Below are positions 28,972 through 37,865 of a stretch of 64,000 nucleotides of DNA, piece after piece. The notes under the pieces were generated by a model. The model was not told where the DNA came from. It made no database searches and saw nothing but the letters and a program-made list of their open reading frames with translations. Position 1 is the stretch's first letter. Every line of letters begins with the position of its first letter. The DNA is from Candidatus Bathyarchaeota archaeon (GTDB taxonomy: Archaea; Thermoproteota; Bathyarchaeia; Bathyarchaeales; Bathycorpusculaceae). Where the stretch lies: NCBI GenBank assembly GCA_963715865.1, contig OY970280.1, positions 1,856,001-1,920,000 on the forward strand, given 5' to 3'. Position numbers and translations under genes: made by a program.

Positions 28972-29576
28972 TGCCAAAAACAGTAATATTCGACTATGGC
29001 GTTGGCAACCTGCTCAGCCTAAAATGCGCCCTAGAAAAAGCAGGCTTAGACGCATCAATTGGCACTTCAGCGCAAGAATTAGCCAATGCAGATGCTATTG
29101 CTTTGCCGGGTGTTGGGAACTTTAGCGCTGCCGCCACAAAACTCGGTGCCGTTAAAGAGACACTCATAAACAAGGTTGAAGACGGCACACCGCTGCTCGG
29201 TATATGCTTAGGCTTGCAACTTTTCTTTGAGGAAAGCGAAGAAGGACCAGGAAACGGCTTAGCACTTTTCAAGGGAAAAACAGTCCGCCTCCCCAGCACT
29301 GTAAAGGTGCCGCACATGGGTTGGAACACGCTGAACATGGTGAAACAAAACGAGCTTTTCAATGGCATAGCTGAGGGTTCTTACGTTTACTTCGTGCACT
29401 CGCTCTATCCTGTGCCAGTTGACAAAACGATAGTTTGCACACAAACCGAATACGGCACAACCTTCACTTCAGCAGTAGCCACCAAAAACGTTTATGGCAC
29501 GCAGTTTCACCCAGAAAAATCAGGCGACATCGGCTTAAAAATCCTAAAAAACTTCGCTAAAGTAATGGTAAGGTGA
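28971..29576 (+). CDS. hisH: IGP synthase glutaminase subunit
   Basis: DYGVGNL, LPGVG, GICLG, PHMGWN, QFHPEKS. Confidence 0.96.
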   Translation: MPKTVIFDYGVGNLLSLKCALEKAGLDASIGTSAQELANADAIALPGVGNFSAAATKLGAVKETLINKVEDGTPLLGICLGLQLFFEESEEGPGNGLALFKGKTVRLPSTVKVPHMGWNTLNMVKQNELFNGIAEGSYVYFVHSLYPVPVDKTIVCTQTEYGTTFTSAVATKNVYGTQFHPEKSGDIGLKILKNFAKVMVR

Positions 29577-29583
29577 CTTTGCA

Positions 29584-30306
29584 GTGCAGTTAATTCCAGC
29601 CATCGACCTCATGAGTGGCAAAATCGTCCGGTTATCACGCGGCGACCCGAAGACTACTAAGGTTTATGACCAGTTTGGAGGCCCTGTGGAAACTGCGAAG
29701 CGGTGGCGTGATGAAGGCGCAGGCAAACTGCACATTATTGATTTGGATGCGGCTTTCGGTACGGGAAACAATCATGCTGTTATCTCGGAAATTGCAGCGA
29801 ATATAGCGTTGCCAATCCAGGTCGGCGGCGGAATCCGCAGTTTTGAGACAGCGGCGAAACTGTTCAAGACGGGGATAAGTCAAGTTATTCTTGGCGCCTT
29901 AGCATTCAGCGACCAGTCAGCTATAGGTAGGATTCAGAAACGGTTTGGCGCTGAGTCAATTATTGTTGCTTTAGATAATAAGGATGGAAAGATTATGGTT
30001 GAGGGCTGGAAAACCGCAACAGCATTAAGCATAAACGAGGCACTGGAAAAATTCAACATGCTTGGCGTTAAAACGTTCCTTATAACTTCAATCGCTAAGG
30101 ACGGAATGCTGTCCGGTCCAGACCTTGAAACACTCAAACAAGCATGCCAGTCCCGTAACGCTAAGGTGATCGCGGCAGGCGGAATAGGCAGCTTAACCGA
30201 CTTAATTGCTCTAAAGCGCATTGGAGTAGAAGGGGCAGTGATTGGAAAAGCCCTTTATGAAGGCAGATTCACTCTAAAAGAAGCCATAAACAAAGTAGGA
30301 GCCTAA
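29584..30306 (+). CDS. hisA: ProFAR isomerase
   Basis: IPAIDL, LHIIDLD, QVGGGIR, DG.LSGPD. Confidence 0.95.
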   Translation: MQLIPAIDLMSGKIVRLSRGDPKTTKVYDQFGGPVETAKRWRDEGAGKLHIIDLDAAFGTGNNHAVISEIAANIALPIQVGGGIRSFETAAKLFKTGISQVILGALAFSDQSAIGRIQKRFGAESIIVALDNKDGKIMVEGWKTATALSINEALEKFNMLGVKTFLITSIAKDGMLSGPDLETLKQACQSRNAKVIAAGGIGSLTDLIALKRIGVEGAVIGKALYEGRFTLKEAINKVGA

Positions 30307-30310
30307 AGCC

Positions 30311-31114
30311 ATGCCATTAGCAAAACGTATCGTTCCATGCCTCGATGTTGACCACGGAAAAGTAGTCAAAGGCATAAACTTCCTTAATCTAAAGCGGGCT
30401 GGTGACCCAGTTGAATTAGCGAAACGCTATTCAGATGAAGGCGCGGACGAACTGGTTTTTCTTGACATTACCGCCTCTTCGGAGAAGCGGGATATTTTAC
30501 GCGGGGTTGTTGAAGGCGTAGCCAAAGCAATCAGCATCCCGTTCACAGTTGGCGGCGGAATACGCAACGTTTCGGACGCAAGGCTGGTTTTATGCAGTGG
30601 CGCCGACAAGGTTTCAGTCAACACGGCAGCAGTGGAAAAACCAAAGGTGATTACGGAGTTAGCTGATGTTTTTGGTCAGCAATGCGTGGTTATCGCCATA
30701 GACGCTAAAAGAAACCGCAATGCCAGCGAGGGCAAGATTATGGTTGAAACTGGCGAAGGCTCAGTGTGGTTTGAAGTTTACACTTACGGGGGAAGAAAAC
30801 CCACAGGAATCGACGCTATAAAATGGGCGTTGCAGGCTGAAGCGCTTGGAGCAGGCGAGTTCCTTGTCACTTCGATGGATAAGGACGGCACAGAAGACGG
30901 CTACGACATCGAATTAACGCGTACCATTTCAGAGAGGGTTCATGTTCCAATTATCGCAAGCGGCGGCGCTGGAGTTCCACAGCATTTTCTTGAAGTTTTC
31001 ACCGATGGAAAGGCTGATGCAGCGTTGGCGGCTTCAGTGTTTCACTATAATAGTTATCCTGTTCCAGTTGTGAAGGATTTCTTGCGTAAAGCGGGGGTGA
31101 TAATTAGACAATGA
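30311..31114 (+). CDS. hisF: IGP synthase cyclase subunit
   Basis: [31 protein letters not shown]. Confidence 0.96.
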   Translation: MPLAKRIVPCLDVDHGKVVKGINFLNLKRAGDPVELAKRYSDEGADELVFLDITASSEKRDILRGVVEGVAKAISIPFTVGGGIRNVSDARLVLCSGADKVSVNTAAVEKPKVITELADVFGQQCVVIAIDAKRNRNASEGKIMVETGEGSVWFEVYTYGGRKPTGIDAIKWALQAEALGAGEFLVTSMDKDGTEDGYDIELTRTISERVHVPIIASGGAGVPQHFLEVFTDGKADAALAASVFHYNSYPVPVVKDFLRKAGVIIRQ

Positions 31115-31443
31115 CGACGGCAGAGTTGTTTGAAAAATTAGATTTCAAAAAAGGCAACGGGCTTATCCCAGTGGTTGTTCAAGACGCAAAAACCAAAGAG
31201 ACGCTGATGCTTGCTTACGCTAATAGGGAAGCAGTGGAGAAGACGCTTAGCACCGGATTTGCCACTTACTGGAGCCGTTCCAGAGGCAAATTATGGGTAA
31301 AAGGCGAAACATCAGGGCACACACAAAAAATTCGCTCGGTTTCAGCCGACTGTGATTATGACGCTTTATTGTACGTGGTAGAACAGAAAGGCGTCGTATG
31401 CCACACTGGAGCGGCTACTTGCTTCCACAACAAGTTATTGTAA
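31111..31443 (+). CDS. hisI: Phosphoribosyl-AMP cyclohydrolase
   Basis: WSRSR..LW.KGETSG, DCD.D, CHTG...CF; no fused HisE. Confidence 0.95.
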   Translation: MTTAELFEKLDFKKGNGLIPVVVQDAKTKETLMLAYANREAVEKTLSTGFATYWSRSRGKLWVKGETSGHTQKIRSVSADCDYDALLYVVEQKGVVCHTGAATCFHNKLL

Positions 31444-31550
31444 AGGGGAGTCATTTGCTGATAAGCAACAAGAGACTTGAGATACCAATTTAATTTTTCA
31501 TTGTTTTTGTTTGAAAAGGCTTAAGTCTGCGTAGTCTTTAATACAGAATC

Positions 31551-31889
31551 ATGGAGATTCAAGTTGAAAAGCTGCCCAAAGTGCTGAGGAAAAGAGGTTT
31601 AGAAGAAAAATTAGGTGAGATTTGCAGGAAAAACGATATTGTCTTTTTGGCAGTGTTTGGATCTTTTGTTAGAGGAGAACAAAATAGAAAAAGCGATATT
31701 GATATTGCAATCGAGTTTGACCAGAGCAAAGGAAAAACACTCTTGGATTTAGTTCGCTTGGAAGATGAATTGAGTAAATTGTTCAAAAGAAAGGTGGACC
31801 TTGGAATTTTCAGCAGCTTAAACCCTTACATAGCAGAAGACGTGAAGAGAGAAATGCTTGTTATTTATGAAAAGATAATGTACGGTTAA
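31551..31889 (+). CDS. Minimal nucleotidyltransferase (MNT antitoxin), orphan
   Basis: FGSFVRGE....SDIDI motif; no HEPN gene follows. Confidence 0.88.
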   Translation: MEIQVEKLPKVLRKRGLEEKLGEICRKNDIVFLAVFGSFVRGEQNRKSDIDIAIEFDQSKGKTLLDLVRLEDELSKLFKRKVDLGIFSSLNPYIAEDVKREMLVIYEKIMYG

Positions 31890-31980
31890 TTTTTTTGTTA
31901 AGTGCTTCATAACAAGCCCTTGTAGTTAAGGCTTTTAAAGAAAAGCCCCCTTTCTATTCTTTGGGGATTAGTGAGAGATA

Positions 31981-33036
31981 ATGTCACTTCATGAAGCTAT
32001 GCTTTATGAAAAGCAGAACGAGAACAAAGTAAAATGTTGCTTATGCGCCAGGCGTTGCCTCATAAGCGAAGACTCAACAGGCTTCTGTTTGGTGAGAAAA
32101 AATCAAGGCGGCATACTTTACACGCTTAATTATGGAAAAGCCGTGTCGGCTGGCGTTGACCCCATAAGCAAAAAGCCACTGTCACACTTTAACCCAGGCT
32201 CATTGGTAATGTCGATTGCGGCGGCTGGCTGCAACTTCCGCTGCCAATTCTGCGATAACTGGATGATAAGCCAAGATAGAGAAGTTGCTGGCAAACCTTT
32301 TCCTCCTGAAGAGGTAGTTAAATCGGCTCAGGACAGCAGTTGCCAAGGAATAAGTTACACTTATACTGAACCGACAATTTTCATGGAGTACGCTTACGAC
32401 ACGGCAAAGCTTGCTAGGCAAGCGGGATTGTTTAACACTTTTGTTACGAACGGGTACATGACTCCTGAGGCGGTAAAGACTATCGCGCCCTTCTTGGATG
32501 CGGCAACTGTTGATTTTAAAGGCGGCGGCGACCCAGACTTCTACAAATCGGTTTCAGCGGTGCCGAATGTTGAACCAATTTATGAAGCACTAAAAGAGCT
32601 CAAGTTAAACGGTGTTCACATAGAGATTACCAATCTTGTTGTTCCCAAAATTGGTGATTCAATGGAGAAAATAAAGGCAATGACTGTTTGGATTAAAAAT
32701 TATTTAGGAAAAGATACGCCGTTTCACCTGCTGCGTTTTCATCCTGACTACAAAATGACTACGCTCCCTGCCACAAAAGTTGAGGATATGGAAAGAGCAT
32801 ACATGACCGCGAAAAACGAAGGATTAAATTACGTTTACCTTGGAAACGTGCCTGGTCACCCGTCAGAGAACACTTACTGCCCAAACTGTAACGAAGCAGT
32901 AATCAAAAGGTACAGCTTCGAAATTACTCAATGGAAACTAACCAGTGATATGCGGTGTCCTGTGTGTGGACAGCAGATTCCGATAAAAGGCAAATTGCAC
33001 CAGTCTAGCTTGCGTTTTCCGTACGCATTGTTTTAG
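31981..33036 (+). CDS. AmmeMemoRadiSam-system radical SAM enzyme
   Basis: CCLCARRC, DPISKKPL.HF, GCNFRCQFC.NW.ISQ, YTEP, C-terminal CPNC/CPVC. Confidence 0.88.
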   Translation: MSLHEAMLYEKQNENKVKCCLCARRCLISEDSTGFCLVRKNQGGILYTLNYGKAVSAGVDPISKKPLSHFNPGSLVMSIAAAGCNFRCQFCDNWMISQDREVAGKPFPPEEVVKSAQDSSCQGISYTYTEPTIFMEYAYDTAKLARQAGLFNTFVTNGYMTPEAVKTIAPFLDAATVDFKGGGDPDFYKSVSAVPNVEPIYEALKELKLNGVHIEITNLVVPKIGDSMEKIKAMTVWIKNYLGKDTPFHLLRFHPDYKMTTLPATKVEDMERAYMTAKNEGLNYVYLGNVPGHPSENTYCPNCNEAVIKRYSFEITQWKLTSDMRCPVCGQQIPIKGKLHQSSLRFPYALF

Positions 33037-33082
33037 GCAACGTAGCGAAATAAGCGAATAATCATGCGGAGAATTACAGGGA

Positions 33083-34138
33083 ATGCAGTTCCCTTATGAT
33101 GAATTAGCAAAGAAGAGTTTAGCTAGGTACTTTGCCATCGTTCATAACAAGAAAATGGCGAAATTCCTCATAGCTAAAAAAGTCGCGGCTGAATTTGGCA
33201 GCAACGATTCTTTAGAAGCGCTTTGGAAACAGCACACGCACTACACGGAAGAGTTCCAAAGCCTCGAACGCCAAATTGACATAGGAATAAACTATAATGC
33301 CGTTCCTAAGCCAGAGAAATCATATTTGGACTTAAAGATTAAAATTGCTGAAAAGATACTTGAGTGCTGCAATTTTTGCAGTCGCAGATGCAGCGTAAAC
33401 AGATTAGCCGATAGGTTAGGGTTTTGTGGTTGCGGCAAAATCATGAATGTTTCAAGCATTTTTGCGCACATGGGCGAGGAACCGGAACTTGTTCCTTCGG
33501 GAACCATATTCACTATGGGCTGTACCATGCGGTGTCGCCACTGCCAAAACTGGACTATATCGCAATGGAAAGAAGCCCCGATGGAGTCTACGCCTGAAGA
33601 ATTGGCAAGGGAAGTTGAAAATTTGCGTTTAGAAGGCTGCAGAAACGTGAATCTGGTCGGTGGAGAACCTACACCATGGCTTAAGCATTGGCTGGAAACC
33701 TTCAAGCACGTAGGCGTAAACGTGCCTGTTGTTTGGAACTCTAATTCTTATTATAGCCGAGAAACAGCACAGTTGCTAGCGGGTTTTGCCGATGTTTACC
33801 TATTGGATTTCAAGTATGGTCCAGGCGACTGCGCTGAAAGGATTTCAGATGCACCAAATTATTGGGAGGTGTGCACGCGTAATCATCTTGAAGCCAAGAA
33901 ATACGGTGAACTACTCGTACGAGTGCTAGTTTTGCCAAGCCATTTAGACTGCTGCACCAAGCCGATACTGCAATGGATAGCTGACAATTTAGGCGTTGAA
34001 ACAAGAGTTAACGTCATGTTTCAGTACAGGCCTGAATGGCGAGCTTATGAGTTCCCAGAGTTGCGCCGAAGACTCACTAAAGCGGAGATAGAAAAGGCAT
34101 TGCAGTTGGCTGAAGAAGCAGGATTAAAGAACCTATAA
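33083..34138 (+). CDS. PflX-like radical SAM protein
   Basis: C.FC.RRC.VNR, GEEPEL.PSGTIF, GCTMRCRHCQNW, GGEPTP, QYRP. Confidence 0.85.
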   Translation: MQFPYDELAKKSLARYFAIVHNKKMAKFLIAKKVAAEFGSNDSLEALWKQHTHYTEEFQSLERQIDIGINYNAVPKPEKSYLDLKIKIAEKILECCNFCSRRCSVNRLADRLGFCGCGKIMNVSSIFAHMGEEPELVPSGTIFTMGCTMRCRHCQNWTISQWKEAPMESTPEELAREVENLRLEGCRNVNLVGGEPTPWLKHWLETFKHVGVNVPVVWNSNSYYSRETAQLLAGFADVYLLDFKYGPGDCAERISDAPNYWEVCTRNHLEAKKYGELLVRVLVLPSHLDCCTKPILQWIADNLGVETRVNVMFQYRPEWRAYEFPELRRRLTKAEIEKALQLAEEAGLKNL

Positions 34139-34280
34139 CCTAGCCTAAACCATCATTCACAGGTTTGTTAATCAAGAAAAGGTTAAACCTATTTGTGAAA
34201 GCCTAAAATAGCTGTGAACATAAAAAACAAAATAGCTTAAGCGAGAATAAAAGTTAAATAAAGTTCAACTGAAATACATC

Positions 34281-35801
34281 TTGTCGGGGCTGGTTATGAA
34301 GAAATCACTCTCGACTGCATTCATGACAGCCATAATTATCAGTGTATTAATTTTAGTTAGTACTGTGCATTTCAGCACGGCTCAAAGCGGTACAAACGTT
34401 ACTGGCATAATAAGCTCAGACACTACTTGGACGAAAGCAAACAGCCCATATAACCTTACAGGGGACGTTCTTGTAAACAATGGTGTTGCCTTAACAATCG
34501 AGCCAGGTGTTTTTGTAAACCTTAGCAGTTATAAAATGACAGTTAACGGTACATTACAAGCAATCGGTAGCAGCCAAAACCCGATCGATATTAATGGTGA
34601 TAATAGTGCGGAAATTACCTTTACTCAATTTGCTGCTGATTGGAACCAATCCACAGGTACTGGCTGCATAATTGAGAATGCAAATCTAATCCCCTACATG
34701 GTCATGTATAACTCGCCAGAAATTAATAATGATAACGTTTATGATCGAATTAGTACGGGTGCAAATGCCTCAATTTCTAACTGTTTTATTTACGGTGGAT
34801 TAGATATTATTGGGGGGCAGGAAACAGTTTCGAATAACACTGTAACTTCTCCATCAGGATCTATGGGTCAAGGAATTATCATAAGCATCTTAGCAGTAAA
34901 TGCTACTGTTTCTGGCAATACGATAACTGCTTGCTCAGAAGGAATAACAGTAAATACAGAGGCTAGTTTTGGTGTTGGTAACTTTACTTCGCTAATTGAA
35001 GGAAACTTGATTGCTGACAATACTTACGGTATTGAAATCGTTGCGTTTTCTGGCGCAACGCTTCTGACCCCGTTAATTCAAAGCAACACTATCACAAGCA
35101 ATACTTACGGAATATACTTCGCTTCGTTCCCCTCAGGGGAGCTTACTCCTGCAACAATTGTTGACAACAATATCTACGATAATAGCAATTACAATGTCTT
35201 ATCAAATGTTACAAATGACGTTAGTGCCACTAATAATTGGTGGGGAACAACCGACACTCAATCTATAAACCAAACAATCTATGACTTTAAAAATGATCCT
35301 AACTGGGGCAACGTTAGCTTTGTTCCCTTCTTAGATTCTCCGAATACTCAAGCCCCAACTTTTGTTAATGTTTCTGCTGGTGCTGGTGGTTTTATCGTTC
35401 CAAGCGGTTATGTTAGCGTTAACTATGGTGGCAATCAAACTTTCATTATAACACCGAATTATGGTTACTACATCGCTGATGTCTTTGTGAATGGGACGTC
35501 CGTTGGCGCTTTTAGCTCCTACACGATTCAAAATGTTGATGGTGCAACAAACATATCAGCAACGTTTGCACCTAACCCAACGCCTACTCCAACACCGATA
35601 CCAACCTCAACCCCAACCCCAACGCCATCGTCTACGCAAACTCCTACTTCGTCGCCCTCTCCATCAACCTCGCCCACACCTACCGTTCCAGAGTTTCCAT
35701 CAGTCATTATTGTTACAATATTACTTATAGCAGCATCAGCGGCAATAATATTCTGCAATAGAACGAACCCCCAAGAAAATGCCATGACTAATTACACTTA
35801 G
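34281..35801 (+). CDS. Secreted beta-helix surface protein with Pro/Thr linker and PEF-CTERM anchor
   Basis: Signal peptide, N-I/G-I beta-helix repeats, NNWWG, PT-rich linker, VPEFP plus TM. Confidence 0.85.
   Translation: MSGLVMKKSLSTAFMTAIIISVLILVSTVHFSTAQSGTNVTGIISSDTTWTKANSPYNLTGDVLVNNGVALTIEPGVFVNLSSYKMTVNGTLQAIGSSQNPIDINGDNSAEITFTQFAADWNQSTGTGCIIENANLIPYMVMYNSPEINNDNVYDRISTGANASISNCFIYGGLDIIGGQETVSNNTVTSPSGSMGQGIIISILAVNATVSGNTITACSEGITVNTEASFGVGNFTSLIEGNLIADNTYGIEIVAFSGATLLTPLIQSNTITSNTYGIYFASFPSGELTPATIVDNNIYDNSNYNVLSNVTNDVSATNNWWGTTDTQSINQTIYDFKNDPNWGNVSFVPFLDSPNTQAPTFVNVSAGAGGFIVPSGYVSVNYGGNQTFIITPNYGYYIADVFVNGTSVGAFSSYTIQNVDGATNISATFAPNPTPTPTPIPTSTPTPTPSSTQTPTSSPSPSTSPTPTVPEFPSVIIVTILLIAASAAIIFCNRTNPQENAMTNYT
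35571..35684 (+). repeat. Pro/Thr/Ser low-complexity linker
   Basis: PNPTPTPTPIPTSTPTPTPSSTQTPTSSPSPSTSPTPT. Confidence 0.85.
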
Positions 35802-35910
35802 AGGCTAGCAAATAAGCTACAGTTAATCTAAAGCATTTTTTACAATAAAAGAAGAAAATTAAGTCTTATTAAGTTAAAGCGGAAATTGCATTTGTGAAAG
35901 TGCCTAATCA

Positions 35911-36750
35911 ATGACTAAGTATTATGCGTTGGCATTAACGACCAGTTACTGGAAACCTGGCGATAACTATACCGACAAGATAATCAGCGCTTTAGAGGGC
36001 AAAATTGAAAACGGAGATTTCGTTGTCGTTTCGGAAAAAGCAATTTCAACCCCACTAGGCAACATAATAGACGAAAGCATTGTTAAACCAAGTTTAAACG
36101 CGAGGGTTATTGCGCGTTTTTGGATGCGAATTGTCTGGGGATATTTCCTTGGCGTATTATGCCGTTTTGGGCAGCGACTGTTGCGTAGGTTAAGGGAGTA
36201 TCCGTTGGAATCTGGCAGTCGCCATAAACAAGTAGCCCTAAAACAGGCGGGTTTTTTGCAGGCGCTCATGTTTGGTTCTGAAGGGGGAATTGATGGTTCC
36301 AATCTGCCCTACTCGTACGTTAGCCTGCCGTTAAATAATGCAGCTGAAATAGCGCAGGAAATTAAAAGCCAAATTCGGCTGAAATTGCGGAAAGATGTTT
36401 GCGTTATAATTGCTGACACCGATAAAACCTACAAGTTCAGGAATTTCTTTTTCACTCCAAGACCAAAACCCCTCAAAGACATACATTCCTTCGGCGGATT
36501 TACCACGTACATCACAGGCAGAATGCTTAAACTCAAAAAAAGTTCAACCCCGCTAGCGGTTGCAGGCTGCAATCTTCAAGCTAGCGAAGCATTAAAAATC
36601 ACCAACATAGCCGACAAAGCCAGAGGCACAGGTTCAGGCGCTACAGTTTGGGATATGGCGGCGAGGTTTCAAGTGGAAGTTAACGGTGTAAGCTGGGATA
36701 TGCTGGCTAAAATCAGGCATAACCCATTAGTTATCGTTAGAAAAAAATAA
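35911..36750 (+). CDS. CofE-like gamma-glutamyl ligase family protein
   Basis: VVVSEKAIS, GIDGSN, VIIADTD, AD...G.G. Confidence 0.75.
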   Translation: MTKYYALALTTSYWKPGDNYTDKIISALEGKIENGDFVVVSEKAISTPLGNIIDESIVKPSLNARVIARFWMRIVWGYFLGVLCRFGQRLLRRLREYPLESGSRHKQVALKQAGFLQALMFGSEGGIDGSNLPYSYVSLPLNNAAEIAQEIKSQIRLKLRKDVCVIIADTDKTYKFRNFFFTPRPKPLKDIHSFGGFTTYITGRMLKLKKSSTPLAVAGCNLQASEALKITNIADKARGTGSGATVWDMAARFQVEVNGVSWDMLAKIRHNPLVIVRKK

Positions 36751-36898
36751 ACCGTGAAGAATTATTTAAACAAAAAATCAAGCAAGTTCGATAGTTGCGA
36801 CTATTGCTGCACGGCGACTTGCGACTAAGAAATCTAGGTTAAGCTGCTCTCTGATGCTATGTTAAGTTTGTATACTGACTAAGGCATATTAAAAAAAA

Positions 36899-37783
36899 TT
36901 AAATTTTTACGCCCTGCGTTGGATCTTCGATTACCTTTTGGAATTCAGCCATTAACTTCTTTGTTACCGGTCCAAGTTTGCCTGTACCGATTTGGCGTTT
37001 GTTGACCTCACGTATCGGCACCATTTCCATAGCCGTTCCAGTGAAGAAAGCTTCGTCAGCGGTGAACAACATAAACGGCGTAAGATTGGTAACTGTTAGT
37101 TTTACACCAAGTTTAGCGGCAAGTTGTACTACGACTTCAGCGGTGATACCAGCAAGTGCACCTGTCGAAAGGGGCGGGGTCAATAATTCGCCGTTTTTAA
37201 CTATGAAAACGTTTTCGCCGACGCCTTCAGCTACGTAACCGTTGCTTTCTAGGCATATGGCTTCGTCAACGCCGTTTGCGTTTGCTTCGATTTTTGCAAG
37301 GACACTGTTCAGGTAGTTGAGTGATTTTATTTCATGTGATGTTGCGTCCACTGGGTTTCGTCTCACCCACGAGAGCATTGTGGTGATTCCGTTCTCTTTC
37401 GCTCCGCTCGCATGCAGTGAAATTGTGTCAGTTATGATTATGACTGAGGGCTTGGGGCATTTCCGCGGGTCTAATCCAAGGTCGCCTACGCCTCTGGTAA
37501 CTACCAAGCGAATGTATGAGTCTTTCAACTTGTTTTTCCGCAGGGTTTCAACGACGGCTTGAGTCATTTCCTCTTTGGTTAAGGGAATTTTCAGCGTTAT
37601 TACGTGCGCTGAACGGTACAGGCGGTCAATGTGCTCTTTGAGTTTGAAGACAATGTCGTTGTACTCGCGTATTCCCTCGAAAACGCCGTCACCGTACAAT
37701 AGCCCATGGTCGAAGACGGATATTTTAGCCTGCGATTTAGGATAATATGCGCCGTCAATGTAAACTACCAGTTCATTGTTCAT
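36899..37783 (-). CDS. ilvE: Branched-chain amino acid aminotransferase
   Basis: DHGLLYGDGVFEG, KSLNYLNS, EG.GEN, GIT, FTGTAME. Confidence 0.95.
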   Translation of the reverse strand: MNNELVVYIDGAYYPKSQAKISVFDHGLLYGDGVFEGIREYNDIVFKLKEHIDRLYRSAHVITLKIPLTKEEMTQAVVETLRKNKLKDSYIRLVVTRGVGDLGLDPRKCPKPSVIIITDTISLHASGAKENGITTMLSWVRRNPVDATSHEIKSLNYLNSVLAKIEANANGVDEAICLESNGYVAEGVGENVFIVKNGELLTPPLSTGALAGITAEVVVQLAAKLGVKLTVTNLTPFMLFTADEAFFTGTAMEMVPIREVNKRQIGTGKLGPVTKKLMAEFQKVIEDPTQGVKI

Positions 37784-37865
37784 GCGGTTTTCACTTCTTT
37801 ATTGATGTTTCATATTATTCGATTATTTGATATAGTTTATGTCAATGATACGTATGATTCGTTTA

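Noticed and set aside
33064-33103. Alternative upstream start/frameshift for the PflX-like gene (MRRITGNAVPL*)
   Set aside because: The in-frame ATG at 33083 gives an intact protein; no evidence for an indel
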